Positions 1-13,100 of a stretch of 64,000 bases of DNA are shown here, piece after piece. Under the pieces are notes generated by a model. The model did not search any database. It worked only from the letters and a program-made list of their open reading frames with translations, and was not told the origin of the DNA. The first letter of the stretch is position 1. Each line of letters opens with the position of its first letter. Source of the DNA: the human T2T-CHM13v2.0 reference genome, Homo sapiens; the NCBI RefSeq assembly GCF_009914755.1, contig NC_060938.1; one strand, given 5' to 3'. The position numbers were made by a program, and so were the translations under genes.

Positions 1-81
1 GGGAATGTTCAACTATGTGACTTGAATGCACACATCACAAAGAAGTTTCTGAGGATGCTGCTGTCTACTTTTTATACGTAA

Positions 82-98
82 TCCCGTTTCCAACGAAA
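82..98 (-). promoter_or_regulatory. CENP-B box 1 of the HOR (repeated in every copy)
   Basis: TCCCGTTTCCAACGAAA is the reverse complement of TTTCGTTGGAAACGGGA, matching YTTCGTTGGAARCGGGA. Next copy is at 1446. Confidence 0.97.
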
Positions 99-252
99 TC
101 CTCCAAGCTATCCAAATATCCACTTGCAGATTCCACAGAAAGACTGTTTCAAAACTGCTCTGTCAATAGAAAGGTTCAACTCTGTTAGCTGCGTGCATAT
201 ATCCCAAAGAAGATTCTGAGATTGCTTCTGTCTAGTTTTTATGGGAAGATAT

Positions 253-269
253 TTCCCTTTTCACCGTAG
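253..269 (+). promoter_or_regulatory. A-type monomer box (pJalpha-like motif), occupying the CENP-B-box position in alternate monomers
   Basis: TTCCCTTTTCACCGTAG lies exactly 171 bp after box 1 and resembles the described TTCCTTTTYCACCRTAG motif. More diverged equivalents occur near 594, 937 and 1279. Confidence 0.7.
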
Positions 270-423
270 GTGTCAAGGCGCTCCAAATGTCCACTTCCAG
301 ATACTACAAAAAGAGTGTTTCAAACCTACTCTGTGAAAGGGAATATTCAACTCTGTGACTTGAATGCACATATCACAAAGAAGTTTCTGAGAATGCTTCT
401 GTCGAGATTTTATATGAAGATAT

Positions 424-440
424 TCCCGTTTCCAACGAAA
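424..440 (-). promoter_or_regulatory. CENP-B box 2 of the HOR (repeated in every copy)
   Basis: TCCCGTTTCCAACGAAA, 342 bp after box 1. Confidence 0.97.
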
Positions 441-765
441 TGCTGAAATCTATCCAAATATCCCCTCGCAGATTCTACAAAAAGAGTGTTTCAAAACTGC
501 TCTGTGAAAAGAAAGGTTCAACTCTGTTAGTTGAGTACACACATCACAAACAAGTTTCACAGAATGCTTCTTTCTAGCTTGTAGGGGAAGATATTCCCTT
601 TATCACCATGGGCCTCCAACCGTCCGAAACATCCACTTCCATATACTACAAAAAGAGCGTTTCAAACCTGCTCTATGAAAGGCAATGTTCAACTCTGTGA
701 CTTGAATGCAGACATCACAGAGCAGTTTCTGAGAATGCTTCTGTCTAGATTTTATAGGAAGATAT

Positions 766-782
766 TCCCGTTTCCAACGAAA
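766..782 (-). promoter_or_regulatory. CENP-B box 3 of the HOR (repeated in every copy)
   Basis: TCCCGTTTCCAACGAAA, 342 bp after box 2. Confidence 0.97.
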
Positions 783-1029
783 TCTTCACAGCTATCCAAA
801 TATCCACTTGCAGATTCTACAAAAAGAGTGTATCAAAACTGCTCTGTCAAAAGGAAGGTTCTTCTCTGTTAGGTGAGTGCATACGTCATAAAGGAGTTTC
901 TGAGAATGTTTCTGTCTAGTGGTTATGGGAAGATATTTGCTTTTTCACCGTAGGCCTCAGAGCGCTCCAAATATCCACTTGCACATACTACAAAAAGAGT
1001 GCTTCAAAGCTGCTCTCTGAAACGGAATG

Positions 1030-1048
1030 TTCAACTCTATGAGTTGAA
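1030..1048. other. Perfect short inverted repeat (8-bp arms, 3-nt spacer), one per HOR
   Basis: TTCAACTC-TAT-GAGTTGAA. Equivalent positions in other monomers carry mismatches (e.g. TTCAACTCTGTGACTTGAA). Confidence 0.85.
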
Positions 1049-1107
1049 TGCAAACATCACAAAGACGTTTCTGAGAATGCTTCTGTCTAGATTTGATATG
1101 AAGATAT

Positions 1108-1124
1108 TCCCGTTTCCAACGAAA
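1108..1124 (-). promoter_or_regulatory. CENP-B box 4 of the HOR (repeated in every copy; last at 63836-63852)
   Basis: TCCCGTTTCCAACGAAA, 342 bp after box 3. Confidence 0.97.
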
Positions 1125-4100
1125 TCTTCAAATCTATCCAAATGTCCACTTGCAGATTCAACAAAAAGTGTTTTTCAGAACTGCTCTATCAAAAGAAAGA
1201 TCCACCTCTGTTAGCTGAGTTCACACATCACAAACAAGTTTATGAGAATGCTTCTGTCTAGTTTTTATTTGAAGATATTTCCTTTCTCACCATAGAGCTG
1301 AAAGCTGTCCTAATGTTCACTTCCAGATACTACAGAAAGAGTGTTTCAAAACTGCTGTACGAAAGGGAATGTTCAACTCTGTGACTTGAATGCACACATC
1401 ACAAAGAAGTTTCTGAGGATGCTGCTGTCTACTTTTTATACGTAATCCCGTTTCCAACGAAATCCTCCAAGCTATCCAAATATCCACTTGCAGATTCCAC
1501 AGAAAGACTGTTTCAAAACTGCTCTGTCAATAGAAAGGTTCAACTCTGTTAGCTGCGTGCATATATCCCAAAGAAGATTCTGAGATTGCTTCTGTCTAGT
1601 TTTTATGGGAAGATATTTCCCTTTTCACCGTAGGCGTCAAGGCGCTCCAAATGTCCACTTCCAGATACTACAAAAAGAGTGTTTCAAACCTACTCTGTGA
1701 AAGGGAATATTCAACTCTGTGACTTGAATGCACATATCAAAAGGAAGTTTCTGAGAATGCTTCTGTCGAGATTTTATATGAAGATATTCCCGTTTCCAAC
1801 GAAATCCTGAAATGTATCCAAATATCCCCTTGCAGATTCTACAAAAAGAGTGTTTCAAAACTGCTCTGTAAAAAGAAAGGTTCAACTCTGTTAGTTGAGT
1901 ACACACATCACAAACAAGTTTCACACAATGCTTCTTTCTAGCTTGTAGGGGAAGATATTCCCTTTATCACCATGGGCCTCCAACCGTCCGATAAGTCCAC
2001 TTCCATATACTACAAAAAGAGCGTTTCAAACCTGCTCTATGAAAGGCAATGTTCAACTCTGTGACTTGAATGCAGACATCACAGAGCAGTTTCTGAGAAT
2101 GCTTCTGTCTAGATTTTATAGGAAGATATTCCCGTTTCCAACGAAATCTTCACAGCTATCCAAATATCCACTTGCAGATTCTACAAAAAGAGTGTATCAA
2201 AACTGCTCTGTCAAAAGGAAGGTTCTTCTCTGTTAGGTGAGTGCATACGTCATAAAGGAGTTTCTGAGAATGTTTCTGTCTAGTGGTTATGGGAAGATAT
2301 TTGCTTTTTCACCGTAGGCCTCAGAGCGCTCCAAATATCCACTTGCACATACTACAAAAAGAGTGCTTCAAAGCTGCTCTCTGAAACGGAATGTTCAACT
2401 CTATGAGTTGAATGCAAACATCACAAAGACGTTTCTGAGAATGCTTCTGTCTAGATTTGATATGAAGATATTCCCGTTTCCAACGAAATCTTCAAATCTA
2501 TCCAAATGTCCACTTGCAGATTCAACAAAAAGTGTTTTTCAGAACTGCTCTATCAAAAGAAAGATCCACCTCTGTTAGCTGAGTTCACACATCACAAACA
2601 AGTTTATGAGAATGCTTCTGTCTAGTTTTTATTTGAAGATATTTCCTTTCTCACCATAGAGCTGAAAGCTGTCCTAATGTTCACTTCCAGATACTACAGA
2701 AAGAGTGTTTCAAAACTGCTGTACGAAAGGGAATGTTCAACTCTGTGACTTGAATGCACACATCACAAAGAAGTTTCTGAGGATGCTGCTGGCTACTTTT
2801 TATACGTAATCCCGTTTCCAACGAAATCCTCCAAGCTATCCAAATATCCACTTGCAGATTCCACAGAAAGACTGTTTCAAAACTGCTCTGTCAATAGAAA
2901 GGTTCAACTCTGTTAGCTGCGTGCATATATCCCAAAGAAGATTCTGAGATTGCTTCTGTCTAGTTTTTATGGGAAGATATTTCCCTTTTCACCGTAGGCG
3001 TCAAGGCGCTCCAAATGTCCACTTCCAGATACTACAAAAAGAGTGTTTCAAACCTACTCTGTGAAAGGGAATATTCAACTCTGTGACTTGAATGCACATA
3101 TCACAAGGAAGTTTCTGAGAATGCTTCTGTCGAGATTTTATATGAAGATATTCCCGTTTCCAACGAAATCCTGAAATGTATCCAAATATCCCCTTGCAGA
3201 TTCTACAAAAAGAGTGTTTCAAAACTGCTCTGTAAAAAGAAAGGTTCAACTCTGTTAGTTGAGTACACACATCACAAACAAGTTTCACACAATGCTTCTT
3301 TCTAGCTTGTAGGGGAAGATATTCCCTTTATCACCATGGGCCTCCAACCGTCCGATAAGTCCACTTCCATATACTACAAAAAGAGCGTTTCAAACCTGCT
3401 CTATGAAAGGCAATGTTCAACTCTGTGACTTGAATGCAGACATCACAGAGCAGTTTCTGAGAATGCTTCTGTCTAGATTTTATAGGAAGATATTCCCGTT
3501 TCCAACGAAATCTTCACAGCTATCCAAATATCCACTTGCAGATTCTACAAAAAGAGTGTATCAAAACTGCTCTGTCAAAAGGAAGGTTCTTCTCTGTTAG
3601 GTGAGTGCATACGTCATAAAGGAGTTTCTGAGAATGTTTCTGTCTAGTGGTTATGGGAAGATATTTGCTTTTTCACCGTAGGCCTCAGAGCGCTCCAAAT
3701 ATCCACTTGCACATACTACAAAAAGAGTGCTTCAAAGCTGCTCTCTGAAACGGAATGTTCAACTCTATGAGTTGAATGCAAACATCACAAAGACGTTTCT
3801 GAGAATGCTTCTGTCTAGATTTGATATGAAGATATTCCCGTTTCCAACGAAATCTTCAAATCTATCCAAATGTCCACTTGCAGATTCAACAAAAAGTGTT
3901 TTTCAGAACTGCTCTATCAAAAGAAAGATCCACCTCTGTTAGCTGAGTTCACACATCACAAACAAGTTTATGAGAATGCTTCTGTCTAGTTTTTATTTGA
4001 AGATATTTCCTTTCTCACCATAGAGCTGAAAGCTGTCCTAATGTTCACTTCCAGATACTACAGAAAGAGTGTTTCAAAACTGCTGTACGAAAGGGAATGT

Positions 4101-7100
4101 TCAACTCTGTGACTTGAATGCACACATCACAAAGAAGTTTCTGAGGATGCTGCTGGCTACTTTTTATACGTAATCCCGTTTCCAACGAAATCCTCCAAGC
4201 TATCCAAATATCCACTTGCAGATTCCACAGAAAGACTGTTTCAAAACTGCTCTGTCAATAGAAAGGTTCAACTCTGTTAGCTGCGTGCATATATCCCAAA
4301 GAAGATTCTGAGATTGCTTCTGTCTAGTTTTTATGGGAAGATATTTCCCTTTTCACCGTAGGCGTCAAGGCGCTCCAAATGTCCACTTCCAGATACTACA
4401 AAAAGAGTGTTTCAAACCTACTCTGTGAAAGGGAATATTCAACTCTGTGACTTGAATGCACATATCACAAGGAAGTTTCTGAGAATGCTTCTGTCGAGAT
4501 TTTATATGAAGATATTCCCGTTTCCAACGAAATCCTGAAATGTATCCAAATATCCCCTCGCAGATTCTACAAAAAGAGTGTTTCAAAACTGCTCTGTAAA
4601 AAGAAAGGTTCAACTCTGTTAGTTGAGTACACACATCACAAACAAGTTTCACAGAATGCTTCTTTCTAGCTTGTAGGGGAAGATTCCCCTTTATCACCAT
4701 GGTCCTCAAACCGTCCGAAAAGTCCACTTCCATATACTACAAAAAGAGCGTTTCAAACCTGCTGTATGAAAGGCAATGTTCAACTCTGTGACTTGAATGC
4801 AGACATCACAGAGCAGTTTCTGAGAATGCTTCTGTCTAGATTTTATAGGAAGATATTCCCGTTTCCAACGAAATCTTCACAGCTATCCAAATATCCACTT
4901 GCAGATTCTACAAAAAGAGTGTATCAAAACTGCTCTGTCAAAAGGAAGGTTCTTTTCTGTTAGGTGAGTGCATACGTCATAAAGGAGTTTCTGAGAATGT
5001 TTCTGTCTAGTGGTTATGGGAAGATATTTGCTTTTTCACCGTAGGCCTCAGAGCGCTCCAAATATCCACTTGCACATACTACAAAAAGAGTGCCTCAAAC
5101 TGCTCTCTGAAACGGAATGTTCAACTCTATGAGTTGAATGCAAACATCGCAAAGACGTTTCTGAGAATGCTTCTGTCTAGATTTGATATGAAGATATTCC
5201 CGTTTCCAACGAAATCTTCAAATCTATCCAAATGTCCACTTGCAGATTCAACAAAAAGTGTTTTTCAGAACTGCTCTATCAAAAGAAAGATCCACCTCTG
5301 TTAGCTGAGTTCACACATCACAAACAAGTTTATGAGAATGCTTCTGTCTAGTTTTTATTTGAAGATATTTCCTTTCTCACCATAGAGCTGAAAGCTGTCC
5401 TAATGTTCACTTCCAGATACTACAGAAAGAGTGTTTCAAAACTGCTGTACGAAAGGGAATGTTCAACTCTGTGACTTGAATGCACACATCACAAAGAAGT
5501 TTCTGAGGATGCTGCTGGCTACTTTTTATACGTAATCCCGTTTCCAACGAAATCCTCCAAGCTATCCAAATATCCACTTGCAGATTCCACAGAAAGACTG
5601 TTTCAAAACTGCTCTGTCAATAGAAAGGTTCAACTCTGTTAGCTGCGTGCATATATCCCAAAGAAGATTCTGAGATTGCTTCTGTCTAGTTTTTATGGGA
5701 AGATATTTCCCTTTTCACCGTAGGCGTCAAGGCGCTCAAAATGTCCACTTCCAGATACTACAAAAAGAGTGTTTCAAACCTACTCTGTGAAAGGGAATAT
5801 TCAACTCTGTGACTTGAATGCACATATCACAAAGAAGTTTCTGAGAATGCTTCTGTCGAGATTTTATATGAAGATATTCCCGTTTCCAACGAAATCCTGA
5901 AATGTATCCAAATATCCCCTCGCAGATTCTACAAAAAGAGTGTTTCAAAACTGCTCTGTGAAAAGAAAGGTTCAACTCTGTTAGTTGAGTACACACATCA
6001 CAAACAAGTTTCACAGAATGCTTCCTTCTAGCTTGTAGGGGAAGATATTCCCTTTATCACCATGGGCCTCCAACCGTCCGAAACATCCACTTCCATATAC
6101 TACAAAAAGAGCGTTTCAAACCTGCTCTATGAAAGGCAATGTTCAACTCTGTGACTTGAATGCAGACATCACAGAGCAGTTTCTGAGAATGCTTCTGTCT
6201 AGATTTTATAGGAAGATATTCCCGTTTCCAACGAAATCTTCACAGCTATCCAAATATCCACTTGCAGATTCTACAAAAAGAGTGTATCAAAACTGCTCTG
6301 TCAAAAGGAAGGTTCTTTTCTGTTAGGTGAGTGCATACGTCATAAAGGAGTTTCTGAGAATGTTTCTGTCTAGTGGTTATGGGAAGATATTTGCTTTTTC
6401 ACCGTAGGCCTCAGAGCGCTCCAAATATCCACTTGCACATACTACAAAAAGAGTGCCTCAAACTGCTCTCTGAAACGGAATGTTCAACTCTATGAGTTGA
6501 ATGCAAACATCGCAAAGACGTTTCTGAGAATGCTTCTGTCTAGATTTGATATGAAGATATTCCCGTTTCCAACGAAATCTTCAAATCTATCCAAATGTCC
6601 ACTTGCAGATTCAACAAAAAGTGTTTTTCAGAACTGCTCTATCAAAAGAAAGATCCACCTCTGTTAGCTGAGTTCACACATCACAAACAAGTTTATGAGA
6701 ATGCTTCTGTCTAGTTTTTATTTGAAGATATTTCCTTTCTCACCATAGAGCTGAAAGCTGTCCTAATGTTCACTTCCAGATACTACAGAAAGAGTGTTTC
6801 AAAACTGCTGTACGAAAGGGAATGTTCAACTCTGTGACTTGAATGCACACATCACAAAGAAGTTTCTGAGGATGCTGCTGGCTACTTTTTATACGTAATC
6901 CCGTTTCCAACGAAATCCTCCAAGCTATCCAAATATCCACTTGCAGATTCCACAGAAAGACTGTTTCAAAACTGCTCTGTCAATAGAAAGGTTCAACTCT
7001 GTTAGCTGCGTGCATATATCCCAAAGAAGATTCTGAGATTGCTTCTGTCTAGTTTTTATGGGAAGATATTTCCCTTTTCACCGTAGGCGTCAAGGCGCTC

Positions 7101-10100
7101 AAAATGTCCACTTCCAGATACTACAAAAAGAGTGTTTCAAACCTACTCTGTGAAAGGGAATATTCAACTCTGTGACTTGAATGCACATATCACAAAGAAG
7201 TTTCTGAGAATGCTTCTGTCGAGATTTTATATGAAGATATTCCCGTTTCCAACGAAATCCTGAAATGTATCCAAATATCCCCTCGCAGATTCTACAAAAA
7301 GAGTGTTTCAAAACTGCTCTGTGAAAAGAAAGGTTCAACTCTGTTAGTTGAGTACACACATCACAAACAAGTTTCACAGAATGCTTCCTTCTAGCTTGTA
7401 GGGGAAGATATTCCCTTTATCACCATGGGCCTCCAACCGTCCGAAACATCCACTTCCATATACTACAAAAAGAGCGTTTCAAACCTGCTCTATGAAAGGC
7501 AATGTTCAACTCTGTGACTTGAATGCAGACATCACAGAGCAGTTTCTGAGAATGCTTCTGTCTAGATTTTATAGGAAGATATTCCCGTTTCCAACGAAAT
7601 CTTCACAGCTATCCAAATATCCACTTGCAGATTCTACAAAAAGAGTGTATCAAAACTGCTCTGTCAAAAGGAAGGTTCTTTTCTGTTAGGTGAGTGCATA
7701 CGTCATAAAGGAGTTTCTGAGAATGTTTCTGTCTAGTGGTTATGGGAAGATATTTGCTTTTTCACCGTAGGCCTCAGAGCGCTCCAAATATCCACTTGCA
7801 CATACTACAAAAAGAGTGCCTCAAACTGCTCTCTGAAACGGAATGTTCAACTCTATGAGTTGAATGCAAACATCGCAAAGACGTTTCTGAGAATGCTTCT
7901 GTCTAGATTTGATATGAAGATATTCCCGTTTCCAACGAAATCTTCAAATCTATCCAAATGTCCACTTGCAGATTCAACAAAAAGTGTTTTTCAGAACTGC
8001 TCTATCAAAAGAAAGATCCACCTCTGTTAGCTGAGTTCACACATCACAAACAAGTTTATGAGAATGCTTCTGTCTAGTTTTTATTTGAAGATATTTCCTT
8101 TCTCACCATAGAGCTGAAAGCTGTCCTAATGTTCACTTCCAGATACTACAGAAAGAGTGTTTCAAAACTGCTGTACGAAAGGGAATGTTCAACTCTGTGA
8201 CTTGAATGCACACATCACAAAGAAGTTTCTGAGGATGCTGCTGGCTACTTTTTATACGTAATCCCGTTTCCAACGAAATCCTCCAAGCTATCCAAATATC
8301 CACTTGCAGATTCCACAGAAAGACTGTTTCAAAACTGCTCTGTCAATAGAAAGGTTCAACTCTGTTAGCTGCGTGCATATATCCCAAAGAAGATTCTGAG
8401 ATTGCTTCTGTCTAGTTTTTATGGGAAGATATTTCCCTTTTCACCGTAGGCGTCAAGGCGCTCCAAATGTCCACTTCCAGATACTACAAAAAGAGTGTTT
8501 CAAACCTACTCTGTGAAAGGGAATATTCAACTCTGTGACTTGAATGCACATATCACAAAGAAGTTTCTGAGAATGCTTCTGTCGAGATTTTATATGAAGA
8601 TATTCCCGTTTCCAACGAAATCCTGAAATGTATCCAAATATCCCCTCGCAGATTCTACAAAAAGAGTGTTTCAAAACTGCTCTGTGAAAAGAAAGGTTCA
8701 ACTCTGTTAGTTGAGTACACACATCACAAACAAGTTTCACAGAATGCTTCTTTCTAGCTTGTAGGGGAAGATTCCCCTTTATCACCATGGTCCTCAAACC
8801 GTCCGAAAAGTCCACTTCCATATACTACAAAAAGAGCGTTTCAAACCTGCTGTATGAAAGGCAATGTTCAACTCTGTGACTTGAATGCAGACATCACAGA
8901 GCAGTTTCTGAGAATGCTTCTGTCTAGATTTTATAGGAAGATATTCCCGTTTCCAACGAAATCTTCACAGCTATCCAAATATCCACTTGCAGATTCTACA
9001 AAAAGAGTGTATCAAAACTGCTCTGTCAAAAGGAAGGTTCTTTTCTGTTAGGTGAGTGCATACGTCATAAAGGAGTTTCTGAGAATGTTTCTGTCTAGTG
9101 GTTATGGGAAGATATTTGCTTTTTCACCGTAGGCCTCAGAGCGCTCCAAATATCCACTTGCACATACTACAAAAAGAGTGCCTCAAACTGCTCTCTGAAA
9201 CGGAATGTTCAACTCTATGAGTTGAATGCAAACATCGCAAAGACGTTTCTGAGAATGCTTCTGTCTAGATTTGATATGAAGATATTCCCGTTTCCAACGA
9301 AATCTTCAAATCTATCCAAATGTCCACTTGCAGATTCAACAAAAAGTGTTTTTCAGAACTGCTCTATCAAAAGAAAGATCCACCTCTGTTAGCTGAGTTC
9401 AGACATCACAAACAAGTTTATGAGAATGCTTCTGTCTAGTTTTTATTTGAAGATATTTCCTTTCTCACCATAGACCTGAAAGCTGTCCTAATGTTCACTT
9501 CCAGTTACTACAGAAAGAGTGTTTCAAAACTGCTGTACGAAAGGGAATGTTCAACTCTGTGACTTGAATGCACACATCACAAAGAAGTTTCTGAGGATGC
9601 TGCTGGCTACTTTTTATACTTAATCCCGTTTCCAACGAAATCCTCCAAGCTATCCAAATATCCACTTGCAGATTCCACAGAAAGACTGTTTCAAAACTGC
9701 TCTGTCAATAGAAAGGTTCAACTCTGTTAGCTGCGTGCATATATCCCAAAGAAGATTCTGAGATTGCTTCTGTCTAGTTTTTATGGGAAGATATTTCCCT
9801 TTTCACCGTAGGCGTCAAGGCGCTCCAAATGTCCACTTCCAGATACTACAAAAAGAGTGTTTCAAACCTACTCTGTGAAAGGGAATATTCAACTCTGTGA
9901 CTTGAATGCACATATCACAAGGAAGTTTCTGAGAATGCTTCTGTCGAGATTTTATATGAAGATATTCCCGTTTCCAACGAAATCCTGAAATGTATCCAAA
10001 TATCCCCTCGCAGATTCTACAAAAAGAGTGTTTCAAAACTGCTCTGTAAAAAGAAAGGTTCAACTCTGTTAGTTGAGTACACACATCACAAACAAGTTTC

Positions 10101-13100
10101 ACAGAATGCTTCTTTCTAGCTTGTAGGGGAAGATTCCCCTTTATCACCATGGTCCTCAAACCGTCCGAAAAGTCCACTTCCATATACTACAAAAAGAGCG
10201 TTTCAAACCTGCTGTATGAAAGGCAATGTTCAACTCTGTGACTTGAATGCAGACATCACAGAGCAGTTTCTGAGAATGCTTCTGTCTAGATTTTATAGGA
10301 AGATATTCCCGTTTCCAACGAAATCTTCACAGCTATCCAAATATCCACTTGCAGATTCTACAAAAAGAGTGTATCAAAACTGCTCTGTCAAAAGGAAGGT
10401 TCTTTTCTGTTAGGTGAGTGCATACGTCATAAAGGAGTTTCTGAGAATGTTTCTGTCTAGTGGTTATGGGAAGATATTTGCTTTTTCACCGTAGGCCTCA
10501 GAGCGCTCCAAATATCCACTTGCACATACTACAAAAAGAGTGCCTCAAAGCTGCTCTCTGAAACGGAATGTTCAACTCTATGAGTTGAATGCAAACATCG
10601 CAAAGACGTTTCTGAGAATGCTTCTGTCTAGATTTGATATGAAGATATTCCCGTTTCCAACGAAATCTTCAAATCTATCCAAATGTCCACTTGCAGATTC
10701 AACAAAAAGTGTTTTTCAGAACTGCTCTATCAAAAGAAAGATCCACCTCTGTTAGCTGAGTTCACACATCACAAACAAGTTTATGAGAATGCTTCTGTCT
10801 AGTTTTTATTTGAAGATATTTCCTTTCTCACCATAGAGCTGAAAGCTGTCCTAATGTTCACTTCCAGATACTACAGAAAGAGTGTTTCAAAACTGCTGTA
10901 CGAAAGGGAATGTTCAACTATGTGACTTGAATGCACACATCACAAAGAAGTTTCTGAGGATGCTGCTGTCTACTTTTTATACGTAATCCCGTTTCCAACG
11001 AAATCCTCCAAGCTATCCAAATATCCACTTGCAGATTCCACAGAAAGACTGTTTCAAAACTGCTCTGTCAATAGAAAGGTTCAACTCTGTTAGCTGCGTG
11101 CATATATCCCAAAGAAGATTCTGAGATTGCTTCTGTCTAGTTTTTATGGGAAGATATTTCCCTTTTCACCGTAGGCGTCAAGGCGCTCCAAATGTCCACT
11201 TCCAGATACTACAAAAAGAGTGTTTCAAACCTACTCTGTGAAAGGGAATATTCAACTCTGTGACTTGAATGCACATATCACAAAGAAGTTTCTGAGAATG
11301 CTTCTGTCGAGATTTTATATGAAGATATTCCCGTTTCCAACGAAATGCTGAAATCTATCCAAATATCCCCTCGCAGATTCTACAAAAAGAGTGTTTCAAA
11401 ACTGCTCTGTGAAAAGAAAGGTTCAACTCTGTTAGTTGAGTACACACATCACAAACAAGTTTCACAGAATGCTTCTTTCTAGCTTGTAGGGGAAGATATT
11501 CCCTTTATCACCATGGGCCTCCAACCGTCCGAAACATCCACTTCCATATACTACAAAAAGAGCGTTTCAAACCTGCTCTATGAAAGGCAATGTTCAACTC
11601 TGTGACTTGAATGCAGACATCACAGAGCAGTTTCTGAGAATGCTTCTGTCTAGATTTTATAGGAAGATATTCCCGTTTCCAACGAAATCTTCACAGCTAT
11701 CCAAATATCCACTTGCAGATTCTACAAAAAGAGTGTATCAAAACTGCTCTGTCAAAAGGAAGGTTCTTCTCTGTTAGGTGAGTGCATACGTCATAAAGGA
11801 GTTTCTGAGAATGTTTCTGTCTAGTGGTTATGGGAAGATATTTGCTTTTTCACCGTAGGCCTCAGAGCGCTCCAAATATCCACTTGCACATACTACAAAA
11901 AGAGTGCTTCAAAGCTGCTCTCTGAAACGGAATGTTCAACTCTATGAGTTGAATGCAAACATCACAAAGACGTTTCTGAGAATGCTTCTGTCTAGATTTG
12001 ATATGAAGATATTCCCGTTTCCAACGAAATCTTCAAATCTATCCAAATGTCCACTTGCAGATTCAACAAAAAGTGTTTTTCAGAACTGCTCTATCAAAAG
12101 AAAGATCCACCTCTGTTAGCTGAGTTCACACATCACAAACAAGTTTATGAGAATGCTTCTGTCTAGTTTTTATTTGAAGATATTTCCTTTCTCACCATAG
12201 AGCTGAAAGCTGTCCTAATGTTCACTTCCAGATACTACAGAAAGAGTGTTTCAAAACTGCTGTACGAAAGGGAATGTTCAACTCTGTGACTTGAATGCAC
12301 ACATCACAAAGAAGTTTCTGAGGATGCTGCTGTCTACTTTTTATACGTAATCCCGTTTCCAACGAAATCCTCCAAGCTATCCAAATATCCACTTGCAGAT
12401 TCCACAGAAAGACTGTTTCAAAACTGCTCTGTCAATAGAAAGGTTCAACTCTGTTAGCTGCATGCATATATCCCAAAGAAGATTCTGAGATTGCTTCTGT
12501 CTAGTTTTTATGGGAAGATATTTCCCTTTTCACCGTAGGCGTCAAGGCGCTCCAAATGTCCACTTCCAGATACTACAAAAAGAGTGTTTCAAACCTACTC
12601 TGTGAAAGGGAATATTCAACTCTGTGACTTGAATGCACATATCACAAGGAAGTTTCTGAGAATGCTTCTGTCGAGATTTTATATGAAGATATTCCCGTTT
12701 CCAACGAAATCCTGAAATGTATCCAAATATCCCCTTGCAGATTCTACAAAAAGAGTGTTTCAAAACTGCTCTGTAAAAAGAAAGGTTCAACTCTGTTAGT
12801 TGAGTACACACATCACAAACAAGTTTCACACAATGCTTCTTTCTAGCTTGTAGGGGAAGATATTCCCTTTATCACCATGGGCCTCAAACCGTCCGATAAG
12901 TCCACTTCCATATACTACAAAAAGAGCGTTTCAAACCTGCTCTATGAAAGGCAATGTTCAACTCTGTGACTTGAATGCAGACATCACAGAGCAGTTTCTG
13001 AGAATGCTTCTGTCTAGATTTTATAGGAAGATATTCCCGTTTCCAACGAAATCTTCACAGCTATCCAAATATCCACTTGCAGATTCTACAAAAAGAGTGT

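Larger units (their letters stand above)
1..1364 (-). repeat. Representative 8-mer HOR unit; SF2-type dimeric array, best match D14Z9/D22Z1 (chr14/22 live HOR)
   Basis: Seen: four B/A dimers with CENP-B box spacing 342, 342, 342, 338 bp; minus-strand box context ATTTCGTTGGAAACGGGA; one TaqI site (402-405) and two XbaI sites (744-749, 1086-1091) per HOR. From recollection: this context is SF2-like, and the ~1.36-kb SF2 octamer is the subfamily shared by chr14 and chr22. I cannot separate chr14 from chr22, or formally exclude other SF2 8-mers, without alignment. Confidence 0.7.

Noticed and set aside
865-885. Splice-like sequence TGTTAG/GTGAGT once per HOR
   Set aside because: A short motif match arising from a diverged monomer position, with no exon context or transcript evidence.
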